Under the pieces are notes generated by a model. The model saw only the letters and a list, made by a program, of their open reading frames with translations, was not told where the DNA came from and did not search any database. DNA of 52,579 nucleotides from a virus (taxonomy: Duplodnaviria; Caudoviricetes), in IMG/VR virus record IMGVR_UViG_3300009786_000016, positions 1-52,579 of that record; one strand, 5' to 3'. How positions within the stretch are numbered: the first letter of the stretch is position 1; the number at the start of each line of letters is the position of its first letter. Both the position numbers and the translations under genes were made by a program. Shown one piece after another: positions 34,417 to 45,186 of this stretch.

Positions 34417-35745
34417 ATGGCAAATGCTTATAGTTTAAGCACAGGAAATGCTAAAGGGTCTTTAGACCAAGTTAGTATTAACGACTCCCGCCGAATTTTT
34501 AATTTTGGTGAGAGAGTATCCGAGTTAGCTCCACAGCAAAGTCCGTTTTTCGTTTATCTGTCAAAAGTTGCGAAGACAGCTACTGACGACCCAGTATTCA
34601 AGTTCCTTGAACAGCGTCATCAATGGCAACGTCGTAACTTTAGCCTTAAAACCGCTATAGCAAGTAACATTGCTAAGGGTGCTGATACAGCATCTCTTAA
34701 AGTGGTTTGTGGGTACGACAAATACGGAGTAGAATCCGCAACAGGTAAGAACGCCGCACCTCAGTATTTTGTAATAGGTCAAGTAATTCGCCTAGCTGGT
34801 AAAGCTATGCGTATTAAGACTGTTGATTCCGTCGGTGACGGCGAATCAGCTACATATGCCGCAGGTACAGCCGCTACTTTTTCCGAGATTACTTGTACCT
34901 GTCTTGAAGCATCTGGGGCTATTGCCGCAGATAAATTAGGACAAGTTATTGGTAGTGCTTGGGCTGAAGGTAGCCTCGACCCTGATGGATGGAAAGACGA
35001 GCTTTACTCAAGAGAAGGATACTGTCAGATTTTTAAGACAGGAATCCAGCTCTTTAGTGGAACTGCTTTGGCAACACGTTATCGTGGCAGACCTGACGAG
35101 TACCGTCGGGTGTGGTCAGATAAGTTAATGGAACACAAAATGGACATCGAGCACGCTATGCTTTACGGTGTTGGGGCTTCTGATGAAGCCGCCGCCGCCG
35201 GTCCAGTTCGTTATAGTTGGGGTATTGTACCCTATACTGAACAGTATGGTAATATTTTTAATTACACATATGCTAGTTCTGACTATGACAGCTTTATTGA
35301 TTCAATGGAGACTTTTTTCGCTCCAGAATCTGGTAATAGCGGCGACAAGTTAGTTCTTTGCTCACGTAAAGTACTTGCTTGGTTGAACAAATTGGGAACA
35401 GGTTCGTTTTTGAACAACACCGTTGGGACTGCACAGTTCAAAATGGATGTTCAAAACATTCAAGGTTCTTTCGGACATATGGTCACGAGAGTAAACACCT
35501 TGTTTGGTAACCTGCACTTTGTTGCAGAACCTCTGTTTCGTAACCAAGACGAGAATATGGCAGTTGCTATTGATTTAGCAAATGTTAAGTATCGTCCATT
35601 ATCTGGCAATGGTGTCTCAAGAGACACTCACATTGTCACTAACGTCCAGAATAACAATGTTGATGGACGGAAAGATATGATTCTAACCGAAGCCGGTTTA
35701 GAAATCAGTCTTCCTGAAACTCACGCTGTTATGAAGTGGACGTAG
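34417..35745 (+). CDS. Major capsid protein
   Basis: 442 aa after the scaffold; YCQIFK, EHKMDIEHAMLYG and ILTEAGLE patterns of podovirus HK97-fold capsids; strong hairpin downstream. Confidence 0.9.
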   Translation: MANAYSLSTGNAKGSLDQVSINDSRRIFNFGERVSELAPQQSPFFVYLSKVAKTATDDPVFKFLEQRHQWQRRNFSLKTAIASNIAKGADTASLKVVCGYDKYGVESATGKNAAPQYFVIGQVIRLAGKAMRIKTVDSVGDGESATYAAGTAATFSEITCTCLEASGAIAADKLGQVIGSAWAEGSLDPDGWKDELYSREGYCQIFKTGIQLFSGTALATRYRGRPDEYRRVWSDKLMEHKMDIEHAMLYGVGASDEAAAAGPVRYSWGIVPYTEQYGNIFNYTYASSDYDSFIDSMETFFAPESGNSGDKLVLCSRKVLAWLNKLGTGSFLNNTVGTAQFKMDVQNIQGSFGHMVTRVNTLFGNLHFVAEPLFRNQDENMAVAIDLANVKYRPLSGNGVSRDTHIVTNVQNNNVDGRKDMILTEAGLEISLPETHAVMKWT

Positions 35746-35759
35746 GATACGTAAACGAT

Positions 35760-35788
35760 TTATGGGGGGCTTTTTTAGCCCCCCATAA
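35760..35788 (+). terminator. Hairpin after the major capsid gene
   Basis: Perfect 12-bp stem TTATGGGGGGCT/AGCCCCCCATAA, without a classical U-tract. Confidence 0.7.
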
Positions 35789-35800
35789 TGGTAACTAACT

Positions 35801-37321
35801 ATGTCATTTACGACTAAAATAAAAAGATATGTAGGTCAGACTGACACCCTAGCTTCAGGTAGTGTTGATACAGCCTTAACTCAGGCAGTGGATTACACTC
35901 TTAGTGTAGTTAAGTCTGCATCTCCACAGAATTTACCATTATTTGGTAGAAAGGTTATAGTAGGTGGAGCTTTGACATCTGGATATATTAATGGTATTTC
36001 TATATTAACTGCTGGTAGTGGCTATTCTAATTCGTCTACTATTATTTTTTCTGGAGGAGGTGGTACTGGGGCAACAGGATTTTTAACTGTTTCCTATGCG
36101 AATGGTAGTGTTATCACTAGTGTTGGGCTTGGTTCATCAGTTGGTAGTCCTTCAACTAAAACTGGTTCTAATTATACAAGTATTCCTACAGTAACAGTGG
36201 GGAATGCAGGTGGTGGTAGTGGAGCTACTTTTGCTGTAACTGCTGTTATAAAAGATGGAATGGACTTAGGTGCATTAAATATTTTCGAGATACTAAAGGT
36301 AGAAAGAAATGGCTATATAGCCGAACCATCTTCAGCCGATAATAAGCATAAAGTATCTGATACGTCTAGTATCTATAGGGCTTTAGCTATAAGCCCTGTT
36401 TATATAACAGACTTTGAAGGGGTCTTACGGATTTATCCAGATTCAAGTAGTTCCGAACAAGCGATTATATATTGTATATCATCAGGAGATGGTAAAACTA
36501 TTAATGATACAAGTGAGACTATAGTAGATAATGATTTAGTATTCGGCACAACTACTTCTACTGGAGAAGAGAACTTCCCATCAGGGTGGAAAGAACTTGT
36601 CGTTTTACACGCATCTGAGCTATGTCTTATTGAAAAGTTAGGGGATATGACTCTACAATTACCTACTGACTTAGACGATACCACTGTCTTCGATAAGATA
36701 GGTGATGTTGACCTTAGTATTACGGGTCTTACACAGGGATTGCCAACTAATTTTAGTCAAACTATTACAATGCCAACTTTTACCACTGTTACTTTTCCAT
36801 CTAATGAGATAGGGGACCCATTGAGCAAGGCACAGGCTATGATAGATGAGTCAAGTATGGGTGGTGGTGAAGAAAATCAGAGTGCCCAATATTGGTTACT
36901 AGACGAAGATGAGGATATGGTTGGTTCAACACTTTCTGTAGCCGCACAAGAATTAAACAGGGCTAACACTATTCTTTCTGAACACCAGTCTCAATTAGGT
37001 AATAAGGTACAGGTATTTAATAATGAAATGACAAGATATACTTCTGAGATACAGAAGGAAGCTCAAAGAATTGGTCTAGATATATCAGAGTATCAGGCAG
37101 AGTTACAAGACGCATTGCAGAAAAAACAAAATATTTTACAAGAATACTCAACAAATCTTGGTAAAAAGATGAGTTCTTATACTACTCTTATACAGAAGAT
37201 ATCTACTGATTATCAATGGCTTACTCAACAGTTACAAGTAATAACCGGTAAGAAACAAGAGTTCATACAATCTTTTAAGGCATCAATGACACCCGAGAAT
37301 CCTCAGGAGAAGACCATATGA
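35801..37321 (+). CDS. Structural protein, probably head-tail adaptor/ring with inserted domains
   Basis: Follows the capsid gene; Gly/Ser/Thr-rich AGSGY-type insert; FPSGWKELVVLHA adaptor-like motif; long C-terminal coiled coil. Confidence 0.5.
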   Translation: MSFTTKIKRYVGQTDTLASGSVDTALTQAVDYTLSVVKSASPQNLPLFGRKVIVGGALTSGYINGISILTAGSGYSNSSTIIFSGGGGTGATGFLTVSYANGSVITSVGLGSSVGSPSTKTGSNYTSIPTVTVGNAGGGSGATFAVTAVIKDGMDLGALNIFEILKVERNGYIAEPSSADNKHKVSDTSSIYRALAISPVYITDFEGVLRIYPDSSSSEQAIIYCISSGDGKTINDTSETIVDNDLVFGTTTSTGEENFPSGWKELVVLHASELCLIEKLGDMTLQLPTDLDDTTVFDKIGDVDLSITGLTQGLPTNFSQTITMPTFTTVTFPSNEIGDPLSKAQAMIDESSMGGGEENQSAQYWLLDEDEDMVGSTLSVAAQELNRANTILSEHQSQLGNKVQVFNNEMTRYTSEIQKEAQRIGLDISEYQAELQDALQKKQNILQEYSTNLGKKMSSYTTLIQKISTDYQWLTQQLQVITGKKQEFIQSFKASMTPENPQEKTI

Positions 37322-37581
37322 AATTACAAGAAATGGTAGAACGGGTACAACAACATCATCCAGATATGGGAGTTACTGAGATAGTTAAGTCTTTAAACGA
37401 CGCTATGAACGATATGGGGTTTAAAACAGATATTGTTGAATCTGCTGACCAGTTTGAAACTATCGTAAACCAAAGAGTATATAAATTAAAGAAGCATATC
37501 ATAAAGATAAAAGCCGTAGATTACGATGGTAAAACGATTAAAAAACTACTTGGTAGACCGCTTGAAAGGGATTTAACATAG
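37318..37581 (+). CDS. Head-tail adaptor-like protein (N-terminal part)
   Basis: MKLQEMVERV...LNDAMND resembles the start of podovirus adaptor proteins. Confidence 0.5.
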   Translation: MKLQEMVERVQQHHPDMGVTEIVKSLNDAMNDMGFKTDIVESADQFETIVNQRVYKLKKHIIKIKAVDYDGKTIKKLLGRPLERDLT

Positions 37582-38051
37582 TGGAAAAGCAATCTTTAAG
37601 TATTAGCCAATGGTTATGGTGGGTCGAGAGAGACTCTGTTATGATAGGATATTATGACTCTTCTCTTGATAAAGTAACATCTCCGTCAGTAGCTAAGACG
37701 ATAACCTTATTCTATATACAACGACCTGATAAATTTTTAATAACAGGCGAGAATCCAGAACGAGATGGTTTTTCTGCTGAAGATACATATCTAGATGTTG
37801 CCCTAAGTAATACAACTCCTCCAGCAATGTTAGAAGCTAATATGCTGAGTCAAGAGGCTGAGATACCAGAACAATTTCACGAAGCCCTAGTCTCTAGGGT
37901 TATAGCTAATGGATATGAGAGACGGGTAGAAACAATTCAATTAGCATCTTACTTCTTACAAAAATATGAAATTGGTGTAAAAGAATGTAAAAAGTATGCT
38001 TATCGAGGAAGAGATGGTTCTCCAATCGCAATCAGAACACAGGATTTCTAA
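37581..38051 (+). CDS. Head-tail adaptor-like protein (C-terminal part)
   Basis: LFYIQRP and EIPEQFHEALV motifs typical of adaptor C-termini. Confidence 0.55.
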   Translation: MEKQSLSISQWLWWVERDSVMIGYYDSSLDKVTSPSVAKTITLFYIQRPDKFLITGENPERDGFSAEDTYLDVALSNTTPPAMLEANMLSQEAEIPEQFHEALVSRVIANGYERRVETIQLASYFLQKYEIGVKECKKYAYRGRDGSPIAIRTQDF

Positions 38052-38266
38052 TGGCTCTAGGTGACGGAATAGGAAATCTTAACTTTGATAAGGTACAGTG
38101 GTACTTTAATCAGCTTGGAGTAGCTTTTGATAACACCTTAGTAATGTTATTTACTAAGATTCCAAAAGGGGTTCCAGTAAGTTCAGTAAGAGTGAAATTC
38201 CCGACTGCGGTTGTTATGAGTCAGGTTACACCGCCAACAGCACCAACATATACAAGGGTACCATAA
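38051..38266 (+). CDS. Small structural/hypothetical protein
   Basis: TAATG stop-start coupling on both sides. Confidence 0.6.
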   Translation: MALGDGIGNLNFDKVQWYFNQLGVAFDNTLVMLFTKIPKGVPVSSVRVKFPTAVVMSQVTPPTAPTYTRVP

Positions 38267-38613
38267 TGGCAGGAACATTAAGTAGTCCGAATAAGATAAA
38301 GGACGTATATACAAAGTTAGTCTGGTTTAATACAGCAGACAGCAAATTTTACAGGGACAATGGAACCGCAGACGTAGAAGTACCTGTCGGTTCTTCACTT
38401 GTCACTGGCAATCTTTTGAAGCATCAAACCTCTGGAACTGTAAGTTCTGGTGATTTGTTTCAGATATTAAATAACAGCACAGAAGTGTTCTCTGTAGACT
38501 ATCAGGGAGCAGTGCATCTTAAACCAATGACCTCAGCACCAACGAATAATGCCGAAGGAACTATTTATTATAATAGTTCAAATGACACTTTGATGGTCTC
38601 TGTGGAAGAATAG
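38266..38613 (+). CDS. Short tail-fibre-like structural protein
   Basis: APTNNAEGTIYYNS fibre motif. Confidence 0.55.
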   Translation: MAGTLSSPNKIKDVYTKLVWFNTADSKFYRDNGTADVEVPVGSSLVTGNLLKHQTSGTVSSGDLFQILNNSTEVFSVDYQGAVHLKPMTSAPTNNAEGTIYYNSSNDTLMVSVEE

Positions 38614-38625
38614 GAGAATAAGGCT

Positions 38626-40002
38626 ATGGCAAAAGTCTGGAAAAAACTCCAGAGAGCAGATAGTGACTATACAGGCAATGTTACCGGAAAGGTAGACAAT
38701 GTAGCTGTAGCCACTATTAAATCTGGGGCATCGGCTGGAACAACAGCAAAAGTCGTTACCGATGCGGCATTTACAGGTAACGTATTAAAAGCCGCAAATG
38801 CGGCTGACGCATTAAAAAACTCAGAAGTAGATGCGGCTCACGTAGGATTAGGAAATGTTAGCAATACAAGTGATGCTAACAAACCTGTATCAACAGCACA
38901 AGCAACATCAATAGGTCTAAAAGCATCTATAGCAAGCCCCACATTCACGGGAACTGTAGGCGGGGTAACTAAAAGTCACGTTGGACTCGGAAGTGTAGAT
39001 AACACTGCCGATTCGGCTAAACCAGTTTCATCTGCTCAGGCTACCTCTATTGCGACTAAGGCACCAACAGCGAGCCCTACCTTTACCGGTACTGTCGGTG
39101 GTGTTACCAAAAGTCACGTAGGACTTGGTAGTGTTGATAATACCGCAGATAGTTCTAAACCGGTATCTAGTGCACAAGCAACATCTATCGCTTTAAAAGC
39201 TAGTATCGCATCTCCAACATTTACTGGTACAGTAGCAGGTGTAAGCAAGACACACGTTGGACTTGCGAATGTAGATAATACTTCAGATGCCGCTAAGCCT
39301 GTTTCTACGGCATCGGCAACATCTATCGCATTAAAAGCATCTATAGCTAGTCCCACTTTCACGGGTACAGTAGCTGGAGTTAGTGCAACTCACGTAGGAC
39401 TTGGCAGTGTAAGTAACATTACTACTACGGCTATGAGGGAAGGCGTAACTAAGGGTAATGTCGGATTAGGCAGTGTTGATAATACATCAGATGCAGGGAA
39501 ACCCGTATCAACAGCACAAGCAACATCTATCGCTACAAAAGCTCCAACTGCATCCCCTACCTTCACTGGTACGGTTGCTGGTGTAAGTGCGACTCACGTT
39601 GGATTAGGTAGTGTAAGTAACATTAGTACTGCAACTATGAGAGCTGGAGTGACTAAAGCTAATGTTGGTCTTACCAACGTAGCTGATGCTTCTATAGCAA
39701 CTATTATGAGTAATAATCTCACAGGTACGTTTGCCGGCTCAACTCTAGCGGAGACTAAAGCCGCCGCAGTATCAACTGCTACTACTAACATTGTTGGTGC
39801 TTCACCGGGTGTTCTAGATACGCTTACAAAAATATCAAGTTCACTTGCTAACAATGCTACTCTATCGAGTACATTAGTAACCTCTATTGCGACAAAAGGG
39901 ATTAAACCGTTAACTATAGCTAACCCAGCAACAGCTCCTACGGACGATGTTGGTGTACAGGGTATATATAGTGGGCAACTCTATGTAATACAGGACATCT
40001 AA
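38626..40002 (+). CDS. Tail fibre protein with 46-aa repeats
   Basis: Tandem HVGLGSVDNTADSAKPVSSAQATSIATKAPTASPTFTGTVGGVTKS units. Confidence 0.85.
   Translation: MAKVWKKLQRADSDYTGNVTGKVDNVAVATIKSGASAGTTAKVVTDAAFTGNVLKAANAADALKNSEVDAAHVGLGNVSNTSDANKPVSTAQATSIGLKASIASPTFTGTVGGVTKSHVGLGSVDNTADSAKPVSSAQATSIATKAPTASPTFTGTVGGVTKSHVGLGSVDNTADSSKPVSSAQATSIALKASIASPTFTGTVAGVSKTHVGLANVDNTSDAAKPVSTASATSIALKASIASPTFTGTVAGVSATHVGLGSVSNITTTAMREGVTKGNVGLGSVDNTSDAGKPVSTAQATSIATKAPTASPTFTGTVAGVSATHVGLGSVSNISTATMRAGVTKANVGLTNVADASIATIMSNNLTGTFAGSTLAETKAAAVSTATTNIVGASPGVLDTLTKISSSLANNATLSSTLVTSIATKGIKPLTIANPATAPTDDVGVQGIYSGQLYVIQDI
38839..39690 (+). repeat. Coding tandem repeat with 138-nt period
   Basis: CACGTWGGA unit starts near 38839, 38977, 39115, 39253 and 39391, followed by partial and variant units; synonymous sites are diverged. 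Confidence 0.85.
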
Positions 40003-40529
40003 TGGCTAAGTCTATTCAGCAATTTAAACTAAAAAACCTATCCAATGGTGTCCCTGTTAGTGGACACCTAGGGGTAGGTGTAAAGCTTTTTGGAGCTGAG
40101 TATGACTATTCATCTTTGAAAGATAGTCTCCTAGAAAAGGGGTATGTCCCAGATGAGTATGATTATATTGCTTCAAATGCTGAGGGAACAGTTAAATACG
40201 GTAGCCGTAGAGTTTGGCTTATGCAAAACGATATGGGGATGGACCAAGAGACTGAGGTAGCTTGTGAAGTTTGGACAGACGCAGAATGGGAAAAGGAACA
40301 ATGTTCTAAATTAGATGTGGATGACTATATGTCTGTATGGGACTCTAGTAAAAAAGAGATAACCTCTCCTAAGAGTTCAGTACATACAATAAGCGATTTA
40401 GAATTGGACCTAAAACCATTCATTGACTATCATAAGATGAACGCTGACATAGCGGGTTATGATTATGCTTTTAAGGTTAAACAGCCAGATGGTACTACAA
40501 AAGTAGTAGATGCTGGCAAATCCGGATGA
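40002..40529 (+). CDS. Hypothetical protein in the fibre module
   Basis: Translationally coupled acidic ORF. Confidence 0.65.
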   Translation: MAKSIQQFKLKNLSNGVPVSGHLGVGVKLFGAEYDYSSLKDSLLEKGYVPDEYDYIASNAEGTVKYGSRRVWLMQNDMGMDQETEVACEVWTDAEWEKEQCSKLDVDDYMSVWDSSKKEITSPKSSVHTISDLELDLKPFIDYHKMNADIAGYDYAFKVKQPDGTTKVVDAGKSG

Positions 40530-40780
40530 CTTTCTGGCAGGATGTCGAGGCAAAATTAAAAATTGACAGAAATAAACCTGATATAGAGAATGAAATAGTC
40601 ATTGATTTACAGAAACAACTGTCTCGGTTAACCTATAGTGATGTAGAGTATCTCTATACGACACTACTTGATAAACAGTTCAGGGGGAGAGAGATAGAGG
40701 AGGCAACTGCTCTATTATTAAAATTAAGGTTCATTAAGAACCAGTTAAAGGAGGAAGGTAGTGAAGTTAAAACAGGTTAA
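40526..40780 (+). CDS. Hypothetical protein (possible fibre chaperone)
   Basis: Small helical ORF between fibre genes. Confidence 0.55.
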   Translation: MTFWQDVEAKLKIDRNKPDIENEIVIDLQKQLSRLTYSDVEYLYTTLLDKQFRGREIEEATALLLKLRFIKNQLKEEGSEVKTG

Positions 40781-40964
40781 ATGCACAACACAAGAATTGC
40801 AGGCAGTTTGCAATTTACTAGAAAAAGTTAATGTCGGGGTAAAGGATGGAATGTGGGTTTATGAAATGTACAAGAAATTCGATAAGGCTTTTATTGAAGC
40901 GGCTGAAGCAGACCCTGAGTGGGTTGAAACAGAAGAAGAATCTATAGTAGCCCAAGATGGCTAA
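40761..40964 (+). CDS. Hypothetical protein (possible fibre chaperone)
   Basis: GGAGG SD with GTG start. Confidence 0.55.
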   Translation: MKLKQVKCTTQELQAVCNLLEKVNVGVKDGMWVYEMYKKFDKAFIEAAEADPEWVETEEESIVAQDG

Positions 40965-42738
40965 AGTTTGGAAACAATTACAACGAGCTGATTCAGCTTT
41001 TGCTGGGAACGTCACAGGTACTGTTGATGGCGTTGCAGTAGCCACAATTAAATCTGGTGCGGCTAAAGGTACCACATCTAATCAGGATTCTACTTCTACT
41101 ATAAGAAGTGGAACTACCGCCGCTAATGTAGGGTTAGGGAATGTCCCTAATTACTCTGCGGCTACAATGAGAGCTGGAGTGTCTGCAAGTGATGTAGGAT
41201 TAGGAAACGTACCTAACTATTCTGCCGCCACAATGCGTGGTGGAGTAACATCTTCGGATGTAGGTCTTGGCAATGTGGCTAACGAATCACGTGCTACTAT
41301 TCTTGCTGGTACTTTTACTGGTGATGTAACAGGTACTGTTAATGGGGCAAGTGCCGCAACTATAAAGTCAGGTGCCGCTTCTGGAACATCAGCTAAATCT
41401 GCTGTAGATGGTAACGCATCCATTACTATGGTTGGTGGTACACTAAGTATTGGTACCACAGTTGGTGGTGTGTATCCTTTTGCCGTATCAAGCAGTGGAG
41501 CACTGGCTATTGCCGGAGATGAATTTACTGTTGCCGCTACTGGAGAAGTAAGCTCTAAGGGTAGTTTTACTATTAATCAAGACGCAAGTGGAGATTCTGA
41601 GATAATACTGGCGGGCGACAGTACTGGTACTGCTAGAGTAGAAGTTAATGGAGCTAACCCACAATTTGACTTAGGGGGGACTAGTCCACTAGGTTCGTCA
41701 ACTATGTATATAAGAAGAGGTGGTACAGGAAACTCAGGCAGAATCTTGTTTATTACAGGTTCAACTACTACAACCTATGTAGGCTCTGCTAATCAACCGA
41801 TTGCTTATAACGACCAGTTTGGAATCCATCACGCCCATATGTACGACAACACCTCACCGTATTTCGAAAGAGATTTTTCATTGGATGCTTCTGGTAGAAT
41901 GGGTTTCTGGGCTAATGATAAGACTGCATTTAATGGAGTTATTATAGGTTCTGATGGTACTAATAAAGGTTTATATGTAAAGAATGGCGGGATAGGCGTT
42001 GGTTTTAAAAACACTACCGATGGGACATTACAAACTTCAGGCAATATTACGGTTGGTGGTATCCTTAACAGTAATGATACAGATGCGTATGATAAGATTA
42101 GAGTCTGGGAAAACAGTAATTATACAATAGGGATGAAATCAGCTTGTACCTTTGGTTCCCTCAATGATTACGCAATGACCTTTACTATGAATAATGATGG
42201 TGACAGAGGATTCTTATGGAGAGACGTAAGTGATAGTGCTTCTGATGGTGCTATGTCTCTTACTACAGGGGGGTCATTAGCAGTAAAGAAAGGTATAAAC
42301 GTAGGAGTAAAACAAAACCCTCTTATAGGGGGGTGGCATTCAAATGACAAAATATTTGTTACTCCAGCAGATTTTATAGTAAATGATGATAACAGTTATT
42401 ACAATGTAGCACTAGTAGATAATGGTGGTGAATTAAAGCCTATGACATCAGCATTAGAGGCTTATGTTAATATTCCAATCCCAGAGGGATATAAAGCAGT
42501 AACATTCAGGCTTAATGGTACAGGTAGTGTAAGTATTGGTGCTTATTATAGTGATGTAACTACAGCTACAGCTACATCCTGTCAACCACCAACTACTGTT
42601 TATACAAACAACGACTACACGTTTTATTCTTCAGCAGTAGCGTACACTTCCTCAGGTAGATATATAATTTTAAGATGGGCACCATCCTCTACTTCTCATA
42701 GATTGTATGGTGGCTACATAACAATAGAACCAACATAG
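40957..42738 (+). CDS. Second tail fibre / receptor-binding protein
   Basis: N-terminus nearly identical to 38626..40002; 22-aa [15 protein letters not shown] repeats; beta-rich C-terminal domains. Confidence 0.8.
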   Translation: MAKVWKQLQRADSAFAGNVTGTVDGVAVATIKSGAAKGTTSNQDSTSTIRSGTTAANVGLGNVPNYSAATMRAGVSASDVGLGNVPNYSAATMRGGVTSSDVGLGNVANESRATILAGTFTGDVTGTVNGASAATIKSGAASGTSAKSAVDGNASITMVGGTLSIGTTVGGVYPFAVSSSGALAIAGDEFTVAATGEVSSKGSFTINQDASGDSEIILAGDSTGTARVEVNGANPQFDLGGTSPLGSSTMYIRRGGTGNSGRILFITGSTTTTYVGSANQPIAYNDQFGIHHAHMYDNTSPYFERDFSLDASGRMGFWANDKTAFNGVIIGSDGTNKGLYVKNGGIGVGFKNTTDGTLQTSGNITVGGILNSNDTDAYDKIRVWENSNYTIGMKSACTFGSLNDYAMTFTMNNDGDRGFLWRDVSDSASDGAMSLTTGGSLAVKKGINVGVKQNPLIGGWHSNDKIFVTPADFIVNDDNSYYNVALVDNGGELKPMTSALEAYVNIPIPEGYKAVTFRLNGTGSVSIGAYYSDVTTATATSCQPPTTVYTNNDYTFYSSAVAYTSSGRYIILRWAPSSTSHRLYGGYITIEPT

Positions 42739-42746
42739 GTATAGAT

Positions 42747-44240
42747 GTGTCTAAAGAAAAATTATCTAATAATTCATTAGTAAACTTAACATCGAAGCCA
42801 ACTTCATATAAGACGCAATCAAAGCTTGCACACCTTTATAATGAGAGCGATGTTCAGATTACTAGCACACAAGACCCTATAACGCACAATCTTATTAATG
42901 TAATAGAAGAACTTAGAGCAGACTTCAATAAACTTCACGATGATGTACAGCACGTTTATAGAATGTTGTATAATGCTTTTGGTACTGCTGAATCTGAAAA
43001 ATGGGATTCAGTAGGAGCTACAGGAGCTACTGGAGCTCAAGGGGCTACTGGAGCTAAAGGTTCTACGGGTAGTGCCGGAGCTACAGGTGGAACAGGAGGA
43101 ACTGGTCCAACTGGTAGCACAGGTCCAACAGGTCCTACAGGACCAACAGGGTCAACGGGACCAGAAGGTTTAGTTTGGAGAGGTACTTATAGTGGTTCTA
43201 CTGCCTATACAGTAGATGATTCAGTTTATTATAGCGGCTCTTCTTATATTTGTATTAAAAACAGTACTGGTAATGCACCCACAAATGATACTTACTTCAC
43301 TGAACTAAGTGTTAAAGGTGATACTGGTTCGACTGGTTCATCAGGAGCTACAGGAGCAACTGGTCCAGCAGGTTCGAATGGTAATAATGGAGCAACAGGT
43401 GCTCAAGGAGCTAAAGGGAATACTGGAGCCACAGGAAGTGCTGGGGCAAAAGGGAATACTGGAAATGCAGGTTCTAATGGTACAGATGGCTCAAATGGAA
43501 GTAATGGTTCTGCTGGTGCTAAGGGTGATACTGGTTCTACAGGTCCTACGGGAGCACAGGGAGCTACAGGAGCCGTAGGAGCTAAAGGAAATATTGGTAA
43601 TACAGGTAGTGCTGGAGCGACAGGAGCAAATAGTACGGTCGCAGGACCTACTGGTGCAACTGGAGCTCAAGGAGCGACAGGTGCTCAAGGAGCAACAGGT
43701 AGTGCAGGAGCTAAAGGAAACACAGGAGCCCAAGGGGCAACTGGAGCCACAGGAGCCAATAGTACAGTAGCAGGACCTACAGGAGCTACAGGCAGTGCTG
43801 GAGCAAAAGGCGACACAGGTTCAGCTGGAAGTGCTGGAGCTAAGGGCAATAAAGGGGATACTGGAAGTACTGGTTCTCAAGGTGCTACTGGTGCGAATAG
43901 CACGGTTGCGGGACCTACGGGAGCAACGGGTGCAAATAGTACTGTTGCTGGACCCACAGGGGCTACAGGTTCTCAAGGTGCAACTGGAGCGGCTGGTGCG
44001 AAAGGGAATACAGGTTCAGCGGGGGCAACAGGAAGTACTGGTCCACAAGGTTCAATAGGTGCTACTGGAAGTGCGGGAGCAACAGGAGCCGCAGGTCCTA
44101 CAGGTGCTACAGGTGCAACAGGTGCAACGGGTGCAGATGGTTCAGGTACCCTAGATACAACTGCAACATTCTTGACAAGTACTAAAGGTGCTACAAAGAC
44201 AATTACAGTTGTAGACGGTATCATAACACAGATTAAATAG
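42747..44240 (+). CDS. Collagen-like fibre protein with a small carbohydrate-binding-like insert
   Basis: Long Gly-X-Y tracts interrupted by [26 protein letters not shown]. Confidence 0.85.
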   Translation: MSKEKLSNNSLVNLTSKPTSYKTQSKLAHLYNESDVQITSTQDPITHNLINVIEELRADFNKLHDDVQHVYRMLYNAFGTAESEKWDSVGATGATGAQGATGAKGSTGSAGATGGTGGTGPTGSTGPTGPTGPTGSTGPEGLVWRGTYSGSTAYTVDDSVYYSGSSYICIKNSTGNAPTNDTYFTELSVKGDTGSTGSSGATGATGPAGSNGNNGATGAQGAKGNTGATGSAGAKGNTGNAGSNGTDGSNGSNGSAGAKGDTGSTGPTGAQGATGAVGAKGNIGNTGSAGATGANSTVAGPTGATGAQGATGAQGATGSAGAKGNTGAQGATGATGANSTVAGPTGATGSAGAKGDTGSAGSAGAKGNKGDTGSTGSQGATGANSTVAGPTGATGANSTVAGPTGATGSQGATGAAGAKGNTGSAGATGSTGPQGSIGATGSAGATGAAGPTGATGATGATGADGSGTLDTTATFLTSTKGATKTITVVDGIITQIK

Positions 44241-44287
44241 ATTACGTGATTGTAATCACTAAAAAGTATGATTAAACAAGGATTAGT

Positions 44288-44455
44288 ATGACAAAATCTG
44301 AACTAGAGATTGAGATAAAGCATTGGAAAGATGAGGTTGAGAAATCTCTAAAATTTGTTGAGGGGAAAAGTTATGATATTATAGCTATAAAAGAAGCTAT
44401 GGCTATTCTATTAGAACTTGTTGGTAGACCTAATCCACCAAATGAAGATGAGTAA
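44288..44455 (+). CDS. Hypothetical protein (55 aa, not in ORF track)
   Basis: MTKSELEIEIKHWKDEVEKSLKF..., with AAGGA SD. Confidence 0.5.
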   Translation: MTKSELEIEIKHWKDEVEKSLKFVEGKSYDIIAIKEAMAILLELVGRPNPPNEDE

Positions 44456-44489
44456 TAATTCAGGAACAATAATTAGCGGAATATGAAGA

Positions 44490-44810
44490 ATGGATTTTAT
44501 TGCGGTATACGGCGAAGCTGGAATGATAGGCGTCGTGGGAGCAATGTTTGTTTATCTGGTGGTACAGATGTCGAACAAAGCTTCTGCTCAACAGGAAACA
44601 TTAGAAGATTTAAAAATAGAGAACAAGGGTCAATCGGAAACTCTTGAGAATATGGAAGGTATGATAATTAAATTGATTGGCAGGTGGAATGCCAGTGATG
44701 ATAAATTAGACAGGAAGTTTGATGCCTTAAATAAAGAAATAAACGATTTAGACAACCAAGTATCTGAAATAAAAGGTAGTCTAAGCAGAGTTAACGGGAA
44801 AAATCATTAA
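44490..44810 (+). CDS. Membrane protein with TM helix and coiled coil (holin/spanin-like candidate)
   Basis: N-terminal TM helix and heptad repeats; lies near the endolysin. Confidence 0.5.
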   Translation: MDFIAVYGEAGMIGVVGAMFVYLVVQMSNKASAQQETLEDLKIENKGQSETLENMEGMIIKLIGRWNASDDKLDRKFDALNKEINDLDNQVSEIKGSLSRVNGKNH

Positions 44811-44811
44811 T

Positions 44812-44958
44812 ATGGATAGTTTAAAAGTAAGTGCAATCAGTACAAGTCTAGGAGCAGTATACTACACCGAAGTTATTTCTGGGGTATTAATGTGTATAAT
44901 GTTTGTAGCACAGATTTATTACTTATATTTGAAAACAAAAAAGATAAAGGAGTCTTAA
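44812..44958 (+). CDS. Small holin-like membrane protein (48 aa, not in ORF track)
   Basis: MDSLKVSAISTSLGAVYYTEVISGVLMCIMFVAQIYYLYLKTKKIKES: TM helix with basic tail. Confidence 0.5.
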   Translation: MDSLKVSAISTSLGAVYYTEVISGVLMCIMFVAQIYYLYLKTKKIKES

Positions 44959-45186
44959 ATGGACTTTAAGAAAATGCTGATGGATATGGCACAAGCTCAG
45001 GCTGATAAGATGCAGGATGAAGCAATGGGCTTTATTGCATCTGATGAGTTTGCTGATGCGATAGCCACCAAGATAAACGAAAAGATTAATATCCCTTTCG
45101 TCTCTGAAGAGAAAGAGCAACTACTCTTTGAGAAGGTTGTGGACGTAGTAACTGACCTAATGGAAGGTGTCTTTAAAGGCAAGTAA
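44959..45186 (+). CDS. Hypothetical protein in the lysis cassette
   Basis: AAGGAG SD; KINEKINIPFVSEEKE motif; coupled to the endolysin start. Confidence 0.65.
   Translation: MDFKKMLMDMAQAQADKMQDEAMGFIASDEFADAIATKINEKINIPFVSEEKEQLLFEKVVDVVTDLMEGVFKGK

Noticed and set aside
38839-39690. CRISPR array or DGR template/variable repeat
   Set aside because: The repeats are in-frame coding units diverged at synonymous sites, with no spacers; no reverse transcriptase or cas gene is present.
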